Below are positions 26,260-39,400 of a stretch of 64,000 bases of DNA, piece after piece. The first letter of the stretch is position 1; each line of letters opens with the position of its first letter. Source of the stretch: Nageia nagi (lineage: Eukaryota > Plantae > Pinophyta); NCBI GenBank assembly GCA_050084985.1, contig JBITNC010000001.1, positions 81,778,001-81,842,000 of the forward strand, written 5' to 3'. A model generated the notes under the pieces. That model made no database searches, was not told the DNA's origin, and saw only the letters and a program-made list of their open reading frames with translations. The position numbers and the translations under genes were made by a program.

Positions 26260-26720
26260 ATGGTACCAACAAAAAAAATCATGTCAAAAAAGATATTTAT
26301 ACCGATAAAGGTACCCCTATATGATAGTATAATGCAAGACTTAACAAGAAATAGTTTGCCATGTTAAAAGATACTCAATTTGTAAGAGAGATTGTAGAAT
26401 GATATTATATTATGCAAAGCATAAGATTGAAATTTTCAAAAACAAATTTGCAATCGTAAAATTAAGAAGTTTTCACACAAAATTCATAGTGAAATTGGTA
26501 GATGGACAATACCTAAAACATCTTGCGATAAAAGAACTTGTAAGCTTTGTAACCTAAATACCATAGAAGATGAAATTCTTTTCTCTTTTTTTCCACTTTA
26601 CGAAGACATCAAACAAACCTATAAAAATATTTATAGTTATAGTTGGATCTATGAGTTATTAAATCAAGGTAATTAAAACAAGCTTAGTGATTTTATTATA
26701 TAACTTAATTATGTTACAAA
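26260..26720 (+). mobile_element. LINE 3' fragment (C-terminal Cys-rich region)
   Basis: HKIHSEIGRWTIPK...KRTCKLCNLNTIEDE fits the SHxLxxExGR...CxxC..EDE motif of LINE ORF2. Confidence 0.6.
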
Positions 26721-26861
26721 CAAGCATTCATGTACATAATTGATTTATATTTATTTTTTGAAAAACTTTGGTAGATCCTACAAACAATTGGATTTAAAAG
26801 GAAGTTAAAATACTTATCTTGTAATTCTAAGAGGAAAATACTATTGCAAAAGGTAACTTTA

Positions 26862-29538
26862 TGATGTAGATAATGATGATGACTACCCAAAACACAAAAA
26901 TGCAATTCCTAATAAATAGAAATATAATGAACACAGTTGATATAGTTTTCTAAATGGCCTTCTAAACCATCAACCATTATGTTATCTATTAGAGGAAAAC
27001 CAACAATGGCCTTCCTATTACATACAAATTTTGTTGCAGGAAAATATGGCATTAAAGCCTTCATATAAATGTGTGCAAGTAACGCTTCATGACTGAGCTC
27101 TTGAAACCTTTCTTGAGATGTCCACTCACCTCTCCTCACCTACAAAACATCATTGTTCTCTACTCATGATTACTTATGCTCTCAAAGCCATCTCACATTG
27201 GATGACTACCCCTCCACTCTAGACAACACTTTTTTCCTTTTATAAACCATTTAGCCATATACATTTAAATTATTACTTCTAATAAAATCCTAATTTTAGA
27301 TGAACATAAAGCATATTTTTATCAATGGATTCAACATCCTAACCACTAACAAGGAATAAGAAATAAATAGGAACAACTAGTGCTCTTTACTACATCATTC
27401 TCCCCTTATTTTAAAATGCTAAACCTCCTAGTTCGAAAAACTAGTTTAGTAAACTTGAATCTCCTTCTCCTTCATTTCCAATTTAACTTATGATTTCAAT
27501 ATTCATTATTAGGGTTTTGTGATGCATTACTCATATTCCTTCTCTTAAGGAGATACTTCACCTTATATTCCATTTCTCCCATCCTGCTCACATCAAATAG
27601 AACCATCTCTTTTGCAATCATCTTTTCCACTTCAATAGAAAGGTTTATAGCCATGATCTCATCCCAAATATCATCATCTTTGTCTGAGAAGTCTTCCCAG
27701 AGATCACCTTCTTTAGTGATGACCTTATCAGCAAGGCCATGTTCATCCAAGAATGCAATCTTTGTCATCAATTATCAAATCAAATGTCCAATTGCACTCC
27801 ATTGCACCCTCTTTCCATATGCATTACTAAGGATGTTCCTTATCCAAAATCTCTTTCTCAATGATTATACTAAGCAACTCCTTTATTGCTTTATCAATCA
27901 TAGGCAAGTTAACCACAAGGTTATCCTCCATGACACCCCCTCCCTTGTTACTTTCAAGCAAGTCCTCCACATTATTGCAATCAACAACTACCTCCATAAC
28001 ATCCACAGTCATTTCATCCACTTGGCCTCTCATAAGCATAATCTTCAATACACCTAGCACCATAGCTCATATGAATGTTTTAACATACAGGCCTATCCTA
28101 GGCTCACCTCCTCCATGGTTGCACTCAGCTCCAACCATCATCTTAGCTATCACATCCATCTCAATGCTTAGGTCTACCACTAACCTATTATTTATGTGGC
28201 TACACTCTGTTTCAAGCTTACATACTTAGTATTCAAAGCTTTCATCTTCCATCATTTGTAGGTCTTCAACCTTAAGACTATTAGGTTTCTCAAAACCTTT
28301 CCTCTCATATTTGAGGGTTTCTTCAATCAATGATAAGATCTATCTACTTCAAGGTACTCTTACCTTCTTCATTTATGTAACATTTAGTGTTATCCAAACA
28401 CTATTCAGGCTCTATTTAGTCTCAAGATACCAATGTCTAGCCTCCTCCACTAGCGGATTGTATTTGAACTTTATGCTCTTCAAGGCATCTTCATATTGTA
28501 TTATTTTTTGTGGCTTCTCTCTTTGGTTTCCCTTTAGGGCAATGCTCTCTCTCTCTCTTCTTTCAAAGTCTTGAAGTGTTAAGTTTTTTCCACTAGTCTA
28601 CATGTTGGCTTAGTTTCATCATCTTCTCCATCAATATGGAATTCATGTTCTTCTACTTCTTCACTAGTTTGGACTTTTGTTCTATCCTCCAACTAATTCT
28701 TGCAATTCCACATAGTTTTGCACTCGCAACAACCACCCTTTTAGGACCTTTGATATTATATTTCTCAAAATATGTTTCTAAACTCATAGCCCATTGCAAC
28801 GATTCTTTAGAACCCTCATTACTAGGAAGAAAAGATTTCTCCTTATCAGTGACTCTTCTTCATTGCTCTATACCTATAGTAGCAAGTCTCGCCCCAATCT
28901 ACACAATCTTTCTACAAATGTCTACATATTGTTCTCTACAATCTATGCTCTTATCCTCTTTCTCCTTCCCCAAGTCACATGGGCTCCCTCTGGCCCATCT
29001 TATTGGTTGCTTTGATATCAAATTGATGTAGACAATGATGGTGAATACGCATAACAAACAAATATGATTCCAAATAAACAGAAATACAATGAACACAATT
29101 GATATGGTTTTCTAAATGGCCTTCTAAACTAGTAAACACTATGTTATCTATTAGTTGCAAATTAATAACGGCCTTGCTATTACACAGTATCAAACATAAC
29201 AAAAAATAGCATGCAAGTATTTACACAAATGCGTACAAGCAATCTCTTGAAACCCTTCTTCACGAACCCACTCACTACTCCTTGCCTACAGAACATCATT
29301 GTTCTCTACTCAAGCCTACTTAGGCTTTCAAAGTCATCTCACACTAGACTCTTCCCCCTCAACTTTGGATGATCCTTTTCATTTTGTAAAACACTCAACT
29401 ATATATTTAAATTACCAATCTAAAAATCTTATAATTTTAGTTAAATATAGATCATAATTTTTTCAATGGATTCACCATTTCAATAGCTGGAAAGGAACAA
29501 CAAATTGACAAGCACAATTGATGCTTTTTAGTGCATCA
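26862..29538 (-). mobile_element. Complete non-autonomous gag-only LTR retrotransposon (TR-GAG-like), old
   Basis: LTRs 26862-27397 and 29024-29538, both TGATG...CATCA; PBS TGATATCAAAGC (29009-29020); PPT TAAGGGGAGAA (27398-27408); internal LQWAMSLETYFEK..KRVVVASAKL.G gag motif; no pol motifs seen. Confidence 0.85.
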
Positions 29539-30009
29539 AATTATCCTAAAGATAGTACCATTATGTGAAGCATGGTGCAAGATTCTTAAAAGAGATAGAA
29601 TGTCATGCCAAAAGCTACTAAATTTATGAAAGATAAATGTAAAATATTCTTACATTTAAAATTAAAATAATATATGAAGTGCCTTGATAACATAGCACTA
29701 CCATAATACAATAGGCAAGTTCTTGATGTTTTATAATGTTTTAATTCATTTAAATTTCGTTTATTCTCTTTCATTTATATATTTTCACTTGTTTTGAACA
29801 TTTTTAAAATATATATATCATTTGTTTCAAATGAGGTGTATAACAACTAGAATGATATGGCATACTTTTTTTTTAATAACAACTAGAATTATAAGATATG
29901 TTTGTTTTTTTTAATTACAAATATCAAATTCAAATTCAAATGCTAAAATATATATTTATTCTTGTGTTAATCAAAATATATGACTAACATGGAATCTACT
30001 TCCACGGCT

Positions 30010-30265
30010 AATTTCCCACAAGAGACAATTTATCATATATATATACACGAATGAAACTAACTAGTTAAATCTGTATTATTTATTAAAAAAAAAAAAAGTT
30101 TATAATAAATAAAAATGTAATAAATGGTATCACATAATTTCCCACAAGAAACAATTTATCATATATATATACGAATGAAACTAACTAGTTAAATCTGTAT
30201 TATTTATTAAAAAAAAAAAAAAAAAGTTTATAATAAATAAAAATGTAATAAATGGTATCACATAA
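30010..30265. repeat. Near-perfect ~126-bp tandem duplication
   Basis: aatttcccacaaga...ggtatcacat starts at 30010 and again at 30136; differences are mostly in (AT)n and poly-A length. Confidence 0.9.
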
Positions 30266-33212
30266 TAGTAATAAATGTATGATGATCTCAACTTTTAACG
30301 ATACCATCATACCTTGTAATTTATCTTTGATCCACTACCAATGTAATGAACACCGTATATATGAATCTATACTTTAGATTGTTGATTCTAGGTTCTTAAT
30401 GATTAATTATGTATCCTTCAAAATTTATAGTTAACTATTTCAATCTTCTACAAGTGAGCACATCACATAAAAGACTTGAACCCAAGGAGATGAGTGTTTA
30501 TATTGACTAAGGAATCTATTATCTCTTGATGTATAGTCGTAATGTTTTGAGTATATAAGATTCAATGGACAATAAGGAGACATAAAGGTGTAGAGCATAA
30601 GACGTAAACAACTTAAATTTATATCTAGCATGTGTTGTCAATAGCATTGTGATCTGTCAAAGCCAGTGCCAATGATATGATATTCATGACCAAGAATTGT
30701 TATATCAAAATATATAGAAGAGTCTTACATAAAATAGCTTGACAATATCAACCAATACATCAATCTCAAATGATTCTAAATGATATTTAAGTGTTAAATT
30801 TCTAATTTAATAAAAAATTAAAAGGTAAATAAGTAAAATCAACATTTAATGTTTTTTAAATCCATTCTTTTGTAGGACCTATCAAGATATTTTAAACATT
30901 GTTAATGTAAAAGATGGAAGTAGAACGTGACACCTTTTATGTGGATATGCCTTTACACCTCGTTTGCCTCCCAACTCCCAATGTCAATAAAAGACATTTG
31001 TAATCAACATTTGAGCCACAAGGGCATCATCAAACATAATTTTCTTGCTTGTTCTTCCTTTCACCTTCATTTTCATATAATTATGGCTTTACAGGTTCAT
31101 TGTTCAGTCTCGACCTGAACCCTAATGATCCTTTAGATGTTCCACGAACCTAGATTAACTTCAAATAATGGACAGTATTCAAAATAGCACAAAATTGGTC
31201 CTTGGTGTACCAAATTGCCATGATAAGCAACTACCATAGATCTTGTGTGTTGGTCATCTGGTCCAAATGTTTTGAAAAGCTGTAATACGGTGAAAAGATG
31301 TGGTATTTTGGGTGAACGCTGGAGGCAAAATTTTCAAGTTTAAAGTCGAGCTAATAGTGGGCTCTATGATATCTAACTGTGTATATTACGTAGAAACTAT
31401 AAATTTCAGCTTCATTAGGAGACGCACTTCAAGGCTCTTTGTGGAGGAGACGAGTAGCTGAAACTTGTACAACTCCCTTTCACATCCATTTTGAAACACA
31501 ATGTCATTAACTAGAAAAACGTGTTTCCCAATCAAACAAAGGATGCCCATTTTGCACCAAAGCTGCCATATTCATTAAAAACATCAACTGAAAATTTTAC
31601 TGCCATTTTTTGGAAACATTTAGTGTTTCTAACTGTTAAAAACTTTATTCAATAAGATTTCTAGCATAAACAATTGCAGACGAAGTAACAAATATTAATG
31701 CTCAGCCAACTACCTAGTAAAAAACTAGCTTGAAACTTGATGTATAAAGCAAATTAATTTCAAATTATAGAGAAACACAACAATTCACATTCTTCAAGTT
31801 TGAAGAAATCAGTAAATGGTAAGAATAACCATGTTATTCTTTCCAGGATCTGATCTATTTCATTGCTAAATTATTCACTTTCCCGTATGACTGTCTTGAA
31901 CTATCCAAGAATGTACGAATGTTCAAACAGAAGTTCAATGCTTAGTGGTGCCTAATAGTTGAACTAATACAAACCTCCCAGAATCAATGCAATTCGTTTT
32001 TTCACAATCAACATGCTTTTTTCTGGGAAACAAAACAAACTTAGATATCCTGTAATTCCTGTAAGATGCTGGCAAGTATTTTTCATCCCGGCAGGGGAAG
32101 CCTCCCAACATATTAGAAAGATAATGTAGCTCAATGAAGAAAACTTTAAAACAATTTAAATTACATGTATAGTGGAGAGAGAAGCACTTGATTTACATGG
32201 TATATTTAAACACAAGCATTCCAAATTAAACAAGCACCATCTGTTTCAGGAGACTAAGCCAATTGTGAACACCATGTCAATCGACAAGCTGAAATTCGGA
32301 TGCACCTGCTCTCAAGTGTGACCTTTGGGTCACAAGAAAAGTTATTAACATTCTCTTATAACATGAAATCTAAAGAATGCAGAAAAAAAAAATATCTGTG
32401 AACAAACAACGTGGATGCTTTCAAAACACATACCTCTGGTGAACATGTCGACATATATATTCAGCAACATCATTCTAAACATGTTCCATTATCTGTAACT
32501 TTCATAACGTTTGCAAGGTAGCTTGTAGATACCATTCAATACCAGATGTCCCTTCAAAAGGGACTGTGTTATTCCCTTCAAAGAGATCTTTGAAACAATT
32601 TAAACACCAATACATTCATATTTGGTAGAAATATATGGTAAAAGAAAAAGAAAAAATTCTTTGAAGTGGTAATATCCTATATTTCAATTAAACTCTGAAT
32701 TAAACAAAGAGAAATGAATACATTTAGCAACTATACACTTGGAGCTGGAAGATAGAGGACTCAAAAAAAGTGCTGCGAGTACACTATAGCTTCAAATTTT
32801 GGTCAAGCAAATATGGAAAGCATAGGACACAACTACATAGTTTTGAAACAGAAAATGAACCCGTGGTTAGAACACAATGAGATAATCTGAACATACAGAT
32901 TAGGATATTTTGCCTTGGGAAATTTTCTATTTGAAATGCACTTCCATTTCATTGGTTGGATCTCAAAATATAGAGATTCTCTCAGCTTCATCATGACACA
33001 AATACATGCATCAAAATCTGAAGCAAGGGAAAACTTTGGCCTACCTCTGTTCACAGATTGCAAAAGGCCGCCTATTAAGAAGAGGATAATCTAGAATAAA
33101 GAAAGCAAACCCTTATGCATCGAATACAAGTATGAACCCATACAAATTGGGTACTCTTTAACAATCCATGTACACCAGTGTACAATGGAAGAGAAATATC
33201 TGCAATGAATTA

Positions 33213-33461
33213 CTACCAACCATCAAGCCATTCTTGTGAATTTAAAGCTTTCAAGTCAACTGGTGAACAAATAGCAGATGCTGGGTGTTCATCAACATAA
33301 TGAAGCTCAAATGCTGAATCAATACGTGTCAAGATCTCTTCCGGTACAGGTACACCATGCTGTAGAAGGTTGTTCCAATCCATATCTTTAAACCATGGAT
33401 GATTTTTAATTGACTCTGCTCCCTTAGAACCAAGTCTGACATTCTCATCAACTTCCAGCAA
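33213..33461 (-). CDS. PP2C-cNMP-kinase gene, terminal exon
   Basis: ag|LLEVDENVRLGSKG...IKNHPWF...WLDGW*. Confidence 0.92.
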   Translation of the reverse strand: MLEVDENVRLGSKGAESIKNHPWFKDMDWNNLLQHGVPVPEEILTRIDSAFELHYVDEHPASAICSPVDLKALNSQEWLDGW

Positions 33462-36423
33462 CTGACAAAATAAGCCAAAAGATAACAATTAGTAAGTTCA
33501 AGCTTATCATCATTTCCAAAAGAAGCACAATCATGAGAATACTGCTCCTTCCCAAGGAAAGAGGAAAACACGATGATATGATACCTTTTTAAGGAGGTCA
33601 ATAACCTCCACGCTAAAATTACTTGGGAACATCATCTGTCCTCTTGCAATTTTTGCAAATATATCCAAATCACTCTCTCTCCATGACCCAAATGGCAGTT
33701 CATTTTGTAGCATAAAATAGATTAGTACTCCTAATGCCCACCTGTGTGAAAAGGAATGCCTGGAATTAATGGTCATTGAACAAGACACTTTTTGAATCTG
33801 CTCGCCAAACATGATTTCACAATCAGAAAGAAGGGAATGTATCAGAAAAATGCTCATCTCAGTACATTTATTTTAAACAATTGAATTTACTACTCAACAG
33901 AGAAGACCCATTTTAGGGTGTACTCCTATGGCATCAACCTTTCGGACATGATCTAGACACTAACAGAATACTCGTAGTATATGGCACATTATAGTATGCA
34001 GTTATAAGGAGTGTATATTACATGCCAACAACACAATCAAAATGTTTTGGATATTATCGGGTTGAACAAAAGACATTAAAAGTTCACAGTACGAGGTTCA
34101 GAGATTCCAGAAATCAAATTTTGATCAATCATCAAACATGGCTTTAAGTATCTACTTCTAGCATTACAAAGTAGCATAGAATAAGTACGATACCCTTTTA
34201 CTATCACCAACAACTGCTTTTAACCCATTTTTGGTTGGCCCTAGTTCCAGTGGGAATGGAAGGCCTTTAACAGCTTTCAACAATACATGATATTGTCCAG
34301 ATAAAATCTAGGATTTCAACTTTCTTTCGCTTATTCAGAAAATAAAATCACCTATAGGCTATAAGTGCCATGGATGAGTTAGGAAATCTCAAGCATAGAC
34401 CTGTCCTTTTAATAAGGAAAAAAATACATGACCAGGATACAGAGTATGAAAATTTGTGCCTAAGGTACAGGATATGGAAATTCATTCACCCTACAACCTC
34501 AGTGAAATATATGGGCCCCAATAGATCAAAATGTTGCTCAAACAGAGTTGTCAATATGGTAGAAAATTCAAAATATATTACAGCATTGAATATGGAATGT
34601 TACTATCATCAATAAACAGTGTTGCTTATGCAAAGATAAGTTCAAGATAGTAGGACACCGATGCTTATGCGAAGAGGCCACCAGTGGTTTATTTGAATCT
34701 GGTTTTCTAAAGGCGTTACATCTGGAAACACTAACACAATTATGTGTATAGCAACTGAGAAAATGTATAATATTTCAAAGTCATTTTATCAAAATAATCA
34801 AATCTGTTAAATACATTGAATAATTTAATGATGAATTATATTCTTTGAAGCAATAAACCATGATGTTTTACTAGAACAACTTGTGCAACATCCAATTTCT
34901 CTCTTTTCCATGCATAACCTAGACATCTGCATTAGGAAAACTAAAATCATTTATTGGCTATAATTTCATTTGAATGTTTCCTTGCCTATGTTAAGGTGTA
35001 AGATCGTGGATTATATCATGAAGTTATTTATATGGTCTCCAAGCAAGACAAATAGTAGAGAAGAAATCATTACTTGTCGGTTAAAAAATAGGACATGCTA
35101 CTTGGAAAGCATCCTCACCAATCTGAGGCTAGTCCATGGCCTTTGCCTTGAATTATTTCTGGAGCTAAGTAGTCCGCCATCCCGCATATTGTGAAAGTCC
35201 TTTCACTGGATAGTCTTTTGGCAAACCGAAAGTCCACCAGCTGAAATACGGAGTCTTGAGATCATATGAATCTCCAACAGAACATATTTAATATAAAACC
35301 TCTAAAAATGTTTTCATGAACACAAACACACAATAAATGTAACCTGCAAATAGCCCTTCTGGTCGACCATTAGAGTATCAGGTGATACACCCCTATATGC
35401 AACTCCCTCCTAAACGAGAGTCAGATGTAGTTATCAGGACTATTAATAAGCCTTAAAGTTTCATATTTCTAACTATTAAAACTTCTATCATCATATCTAA
35501 TGCTTTTTGAACTTTCAATATAGCTATTGAAAAGAGTACATGAAAAATATCTCCACTTTTATAAAACAGACCTTGTGCAATAGTTCCAGAGCCACCACAA
35601 CAGAAGCAGAAACAAAACAAGCAGATGATTCTTTCAATGGTGCATGCAAAATTGCTGCTAGAGGACCGGCCAAACAGGTATTCAAGAGTATGGCGGCAAA
35701 TTCTTGATTAGCACATGTACGAAGGATCTGTGGCACAAACAACGAGGGGGACAAACTCTTCATAAGATCTTTCTCCTTCAAAACTGGTATTTCACGTCCA
35801 AGCTGTTTTATCTTATGCTTTGAAAACCTTTTTAAGCTCAGCACATTTTCTGTTTGTCAAGAAATGTTGACTATCAACACAATGACAAAACGAAATAGAT
35901 TTAAAGGATATGTGCAAAAACATAATATTCATCATCTTTAATGTCTAGTAAATTCTCAGAAAGACTGTCATGATGGCAACAAGTAAAGAACTTAAGATAC
36001 AAAGGCACAGGAATTGTATTAATAATCCCTAAATAGAAAGTTCAGATACTGAAAAAATAATAGACTATGTACAAACTGAAATAAATGCAATTGGATGTAA
36101 GCTGTAAGATCTAGAGAAATCATTTGTGAGCCTTTGGTTTGCGGAATGATAGAGTTAGGCAACAACCAAAATTTAAATTGTAAGTCTAATCAGGGATCTT
36201 AAGTCTTGTAATGGGTTGACAGATTACTATCAGAGAGGATTTGAAAGGCCTCATAAATTTATAAATAAACTCCATCAATTGGCTGCTCGAACATGATAAT
36301 TCATGTCAAGCATCATATAGTATTCACTTCCTGTTATGTCAGGAATTTAAACAAATAAGGTAATAAAGTTGAGAATTCTAATACAAAATTCACCCGTGAA
36401 GGCATTATTAAATTGGTTTATAC

Positions 36424-36483
<60 letters not shown>

Positions 36484-39400
36484 TCTAAGTTCCTGTCAGT
36501 GCCTTAAATAGCTTGGAAGTGACAATTTCTTGTTAACTTGATTTATATTTTACATGGCAACCTTTTCAACATCATGATCCAATTGGCATCTCAACACTAA
36601 GACCTTTATAATTTCATAGACTTCAATTGACGCAAATATGAAAACTCATGTCACGTTGAAAAGTAAGCTGAAACATCCTGTTTTATGACATTGTTCATTT
36701 ACAGATAAAAATTTAAAATACATGGCAGTCCATATGTGCATTTTTATAGCATGTTTTTCTTCTATCTGGAGTTTTTGATTTCAAACTCAAACAAATTTCA
36801 AGGATTTTAGGACAAATTTGAACAAATTGAAATGAGTTTCTTCAGGTCACATTTGCACTTGATCACCACATTTCAACAATATTAATCACAAACTGTTCAA
36901 CTTTGCCCAAATTTGAATGCTTGAGATTTTGGCAATCACACACATTTCAAAACTATATTCTTTCACAACAGTATGGACTGAGCCAACATAGCCCCAAGTT
37001 CATCTACAACTACGAGTACAAAATACAGAACACCTACCTATGTGTAAAAATTACCTCGTATAAGAACATATCTTTGCTGAAAGATTCCAGTTGGACAAAA
37101 TTGACTCAAGCTAATGTCAGTAAATCACAGATTGGCATCCCCATCAAGGAACATTAAGAGGCAAATGCAAGATCTAATAACTTCCACGGTGAGTGTATGA
37201 GACTCAGAAAGCCAGGTTGAAAAAACATTGCCGAAGCATGAGGTTTGCCTCCCAAATACTCTGCTACTAATCAAAGTCCATAATCCATTAAATGCAGAAC
37301 AAAATTTGTGTTACTTAGGCTGGCTGTCAAGGGAGGGAAGGACCCAAGCAGGCCCAACAATTGACAAGTTGGAAGAAGGCAGCTCCTGCATAGCTACTCG
37401 CTGCAATGAATATGGAGAGTTACGTGAAAGCTATTAACCCTAGTTGAAACGAGTCGTACTCCTGATCGGATTAGAAAGCCCTCTTATAAAAGTCTCATGA
37501 TAGCAGTAATAAATTCTTAAAATAGTGACCAAAAACTGTTGAGGAATTTCCGCATTCGAGAACAGAAAGCTTGAGTTTGAATAATTAAAGTACAGAAAGT
37601 AGTCAGATAACCAAATTGAAACTATTAAACAATAATAGATTGGAGATTGGGAGGACCTAGGTGTCTCTAGAAAAAGAAAATTTGGTGTTATATAACATAA
37701 ATTAAAGAGAAAAGTTGGTGCATTGCTTGCAAGGCTCCGCTGAACATGGAACAAACAGCAGCACATATAGAATGACATAAACAAAACTGAAGAATTTGAC
37801 TTCAATAACTAAAGCATTTCAGGCTGATACAATTGTGGCCTTTACTAGGCCCACTGAGAATGAATCTGCAGATCCTAATTACCTGCAAAGTCACAGAGAA
37901 TATTTCCAGGAACAAATAAACTAGAGAAGAAACCACATGGAAAAGAGTTAAAAGAATAAATCCACCATTAGAGCCTTTTATAGTAGATTGTACATCTCTT
38001 CATAGGTATCTATGATTTCAGCATATTTGACCTTGTATGTCTTACTTATAGATTATATCTGTGGTCTTTTACATCTGAACATTCAAATTTAGCAAGGTCA
38101 TATTCAAACTCTGCTTCAAGCTTCTCCATTGGGGTTTACATATTTTAGTTTATGTACAAAGTAGACCACGGCTGGATATGAGTAGATCTTTCAGTCTGTT
38201 TTGTATGATATTATTTTGTGGGCCCCATATGTTATTCTTATTTTTCTAGCATGAAAACAACATCAAACCTGAGTCATATGAATTATATGGCATGATACAT
38301 TTAACACCACTAGAAATATACCTGAACCCTTCTTAAGAACCATTCCGATTTCACAGCAATCAGTGGCATAAACAGTTTTTTGCCATTCCTACAGAAACAC
38401 AATATCAATCAACAGTCAATAGGGTTGGTACATGTTTTGACTCCCTACAAGTACTTTTTGAACCAAAACAAATAGCAACTTGAAATTTCCTTCGGTGAAA
38501 AATAGTATTAAGGATACAGACCAGATCTGATAACTGGACTTCTGAAAAATCAGCAATGTTGATGTCTAGTGCATGTTCTCTCATTTCAATTATGTGATCT
38601 CTCAACCTGGACAGGCCATATAGAGAAAAGCAACCAGAATCATGAAATGTCTGAAATATGCAGTCACATCTACTAAACCCCAAAATTGGTTTGTTTCAAG
38701 ATTGTTAAAAGTTTCTCAGAAATAATGCTTACAGAATTTATGACCCTATAGTCTGCATGTAGTAACAAAAAAAATTGTTTTAGCTAATTAAGATATTAAT
38801 GGAAAAGTATAAGCATATATTTATAATTCATGAGTAAAAGGCAAATTGGTTGCAATTTCACGCACTGCATATCATCTTGTATGCTTCTCTGTAAGGACCC
38901 CACCACTGAATCAAACTTCTCCTTTGTAATCATCCAACAGACAACATTACCAACAGCAACCGCAGTTATTAAATTTATCTGCTCACCAAGAAGTATCTGC
39001 TCTCCAAAATAGTCTCCTTGTTTCTTACAGATTGTTGTCCCTTTATTTAACTGTGAGTTATAAGTTAATTTCACCTCCCTCGCTCAACAATGTAAAATCC
39101 AAAAAGACTCTCGTACTGCAAGAGAAAAGCAATGACAGTGATCAGAAGTTGGAAAACTTACAAAGTCATGGAAAAATAAACACAGTTAATTCATTGAAAT
39201 AATTCCCATGCTTCGCATAATCAGTATAATTTGTTTGCAAAGAAAATATGTGAATCTTGGGCACAATCAGGTTGGAAGAAAAACACTACGTTTTCTAATC
39301 ATGATGCATTGCGAGTCAAAAGGATCTTAGGCGTTTTCCAAACTTGGTATGGTTTGTACATGAGAATCAAGTGTTACAGATTACAGAATGTAACCTTTAT

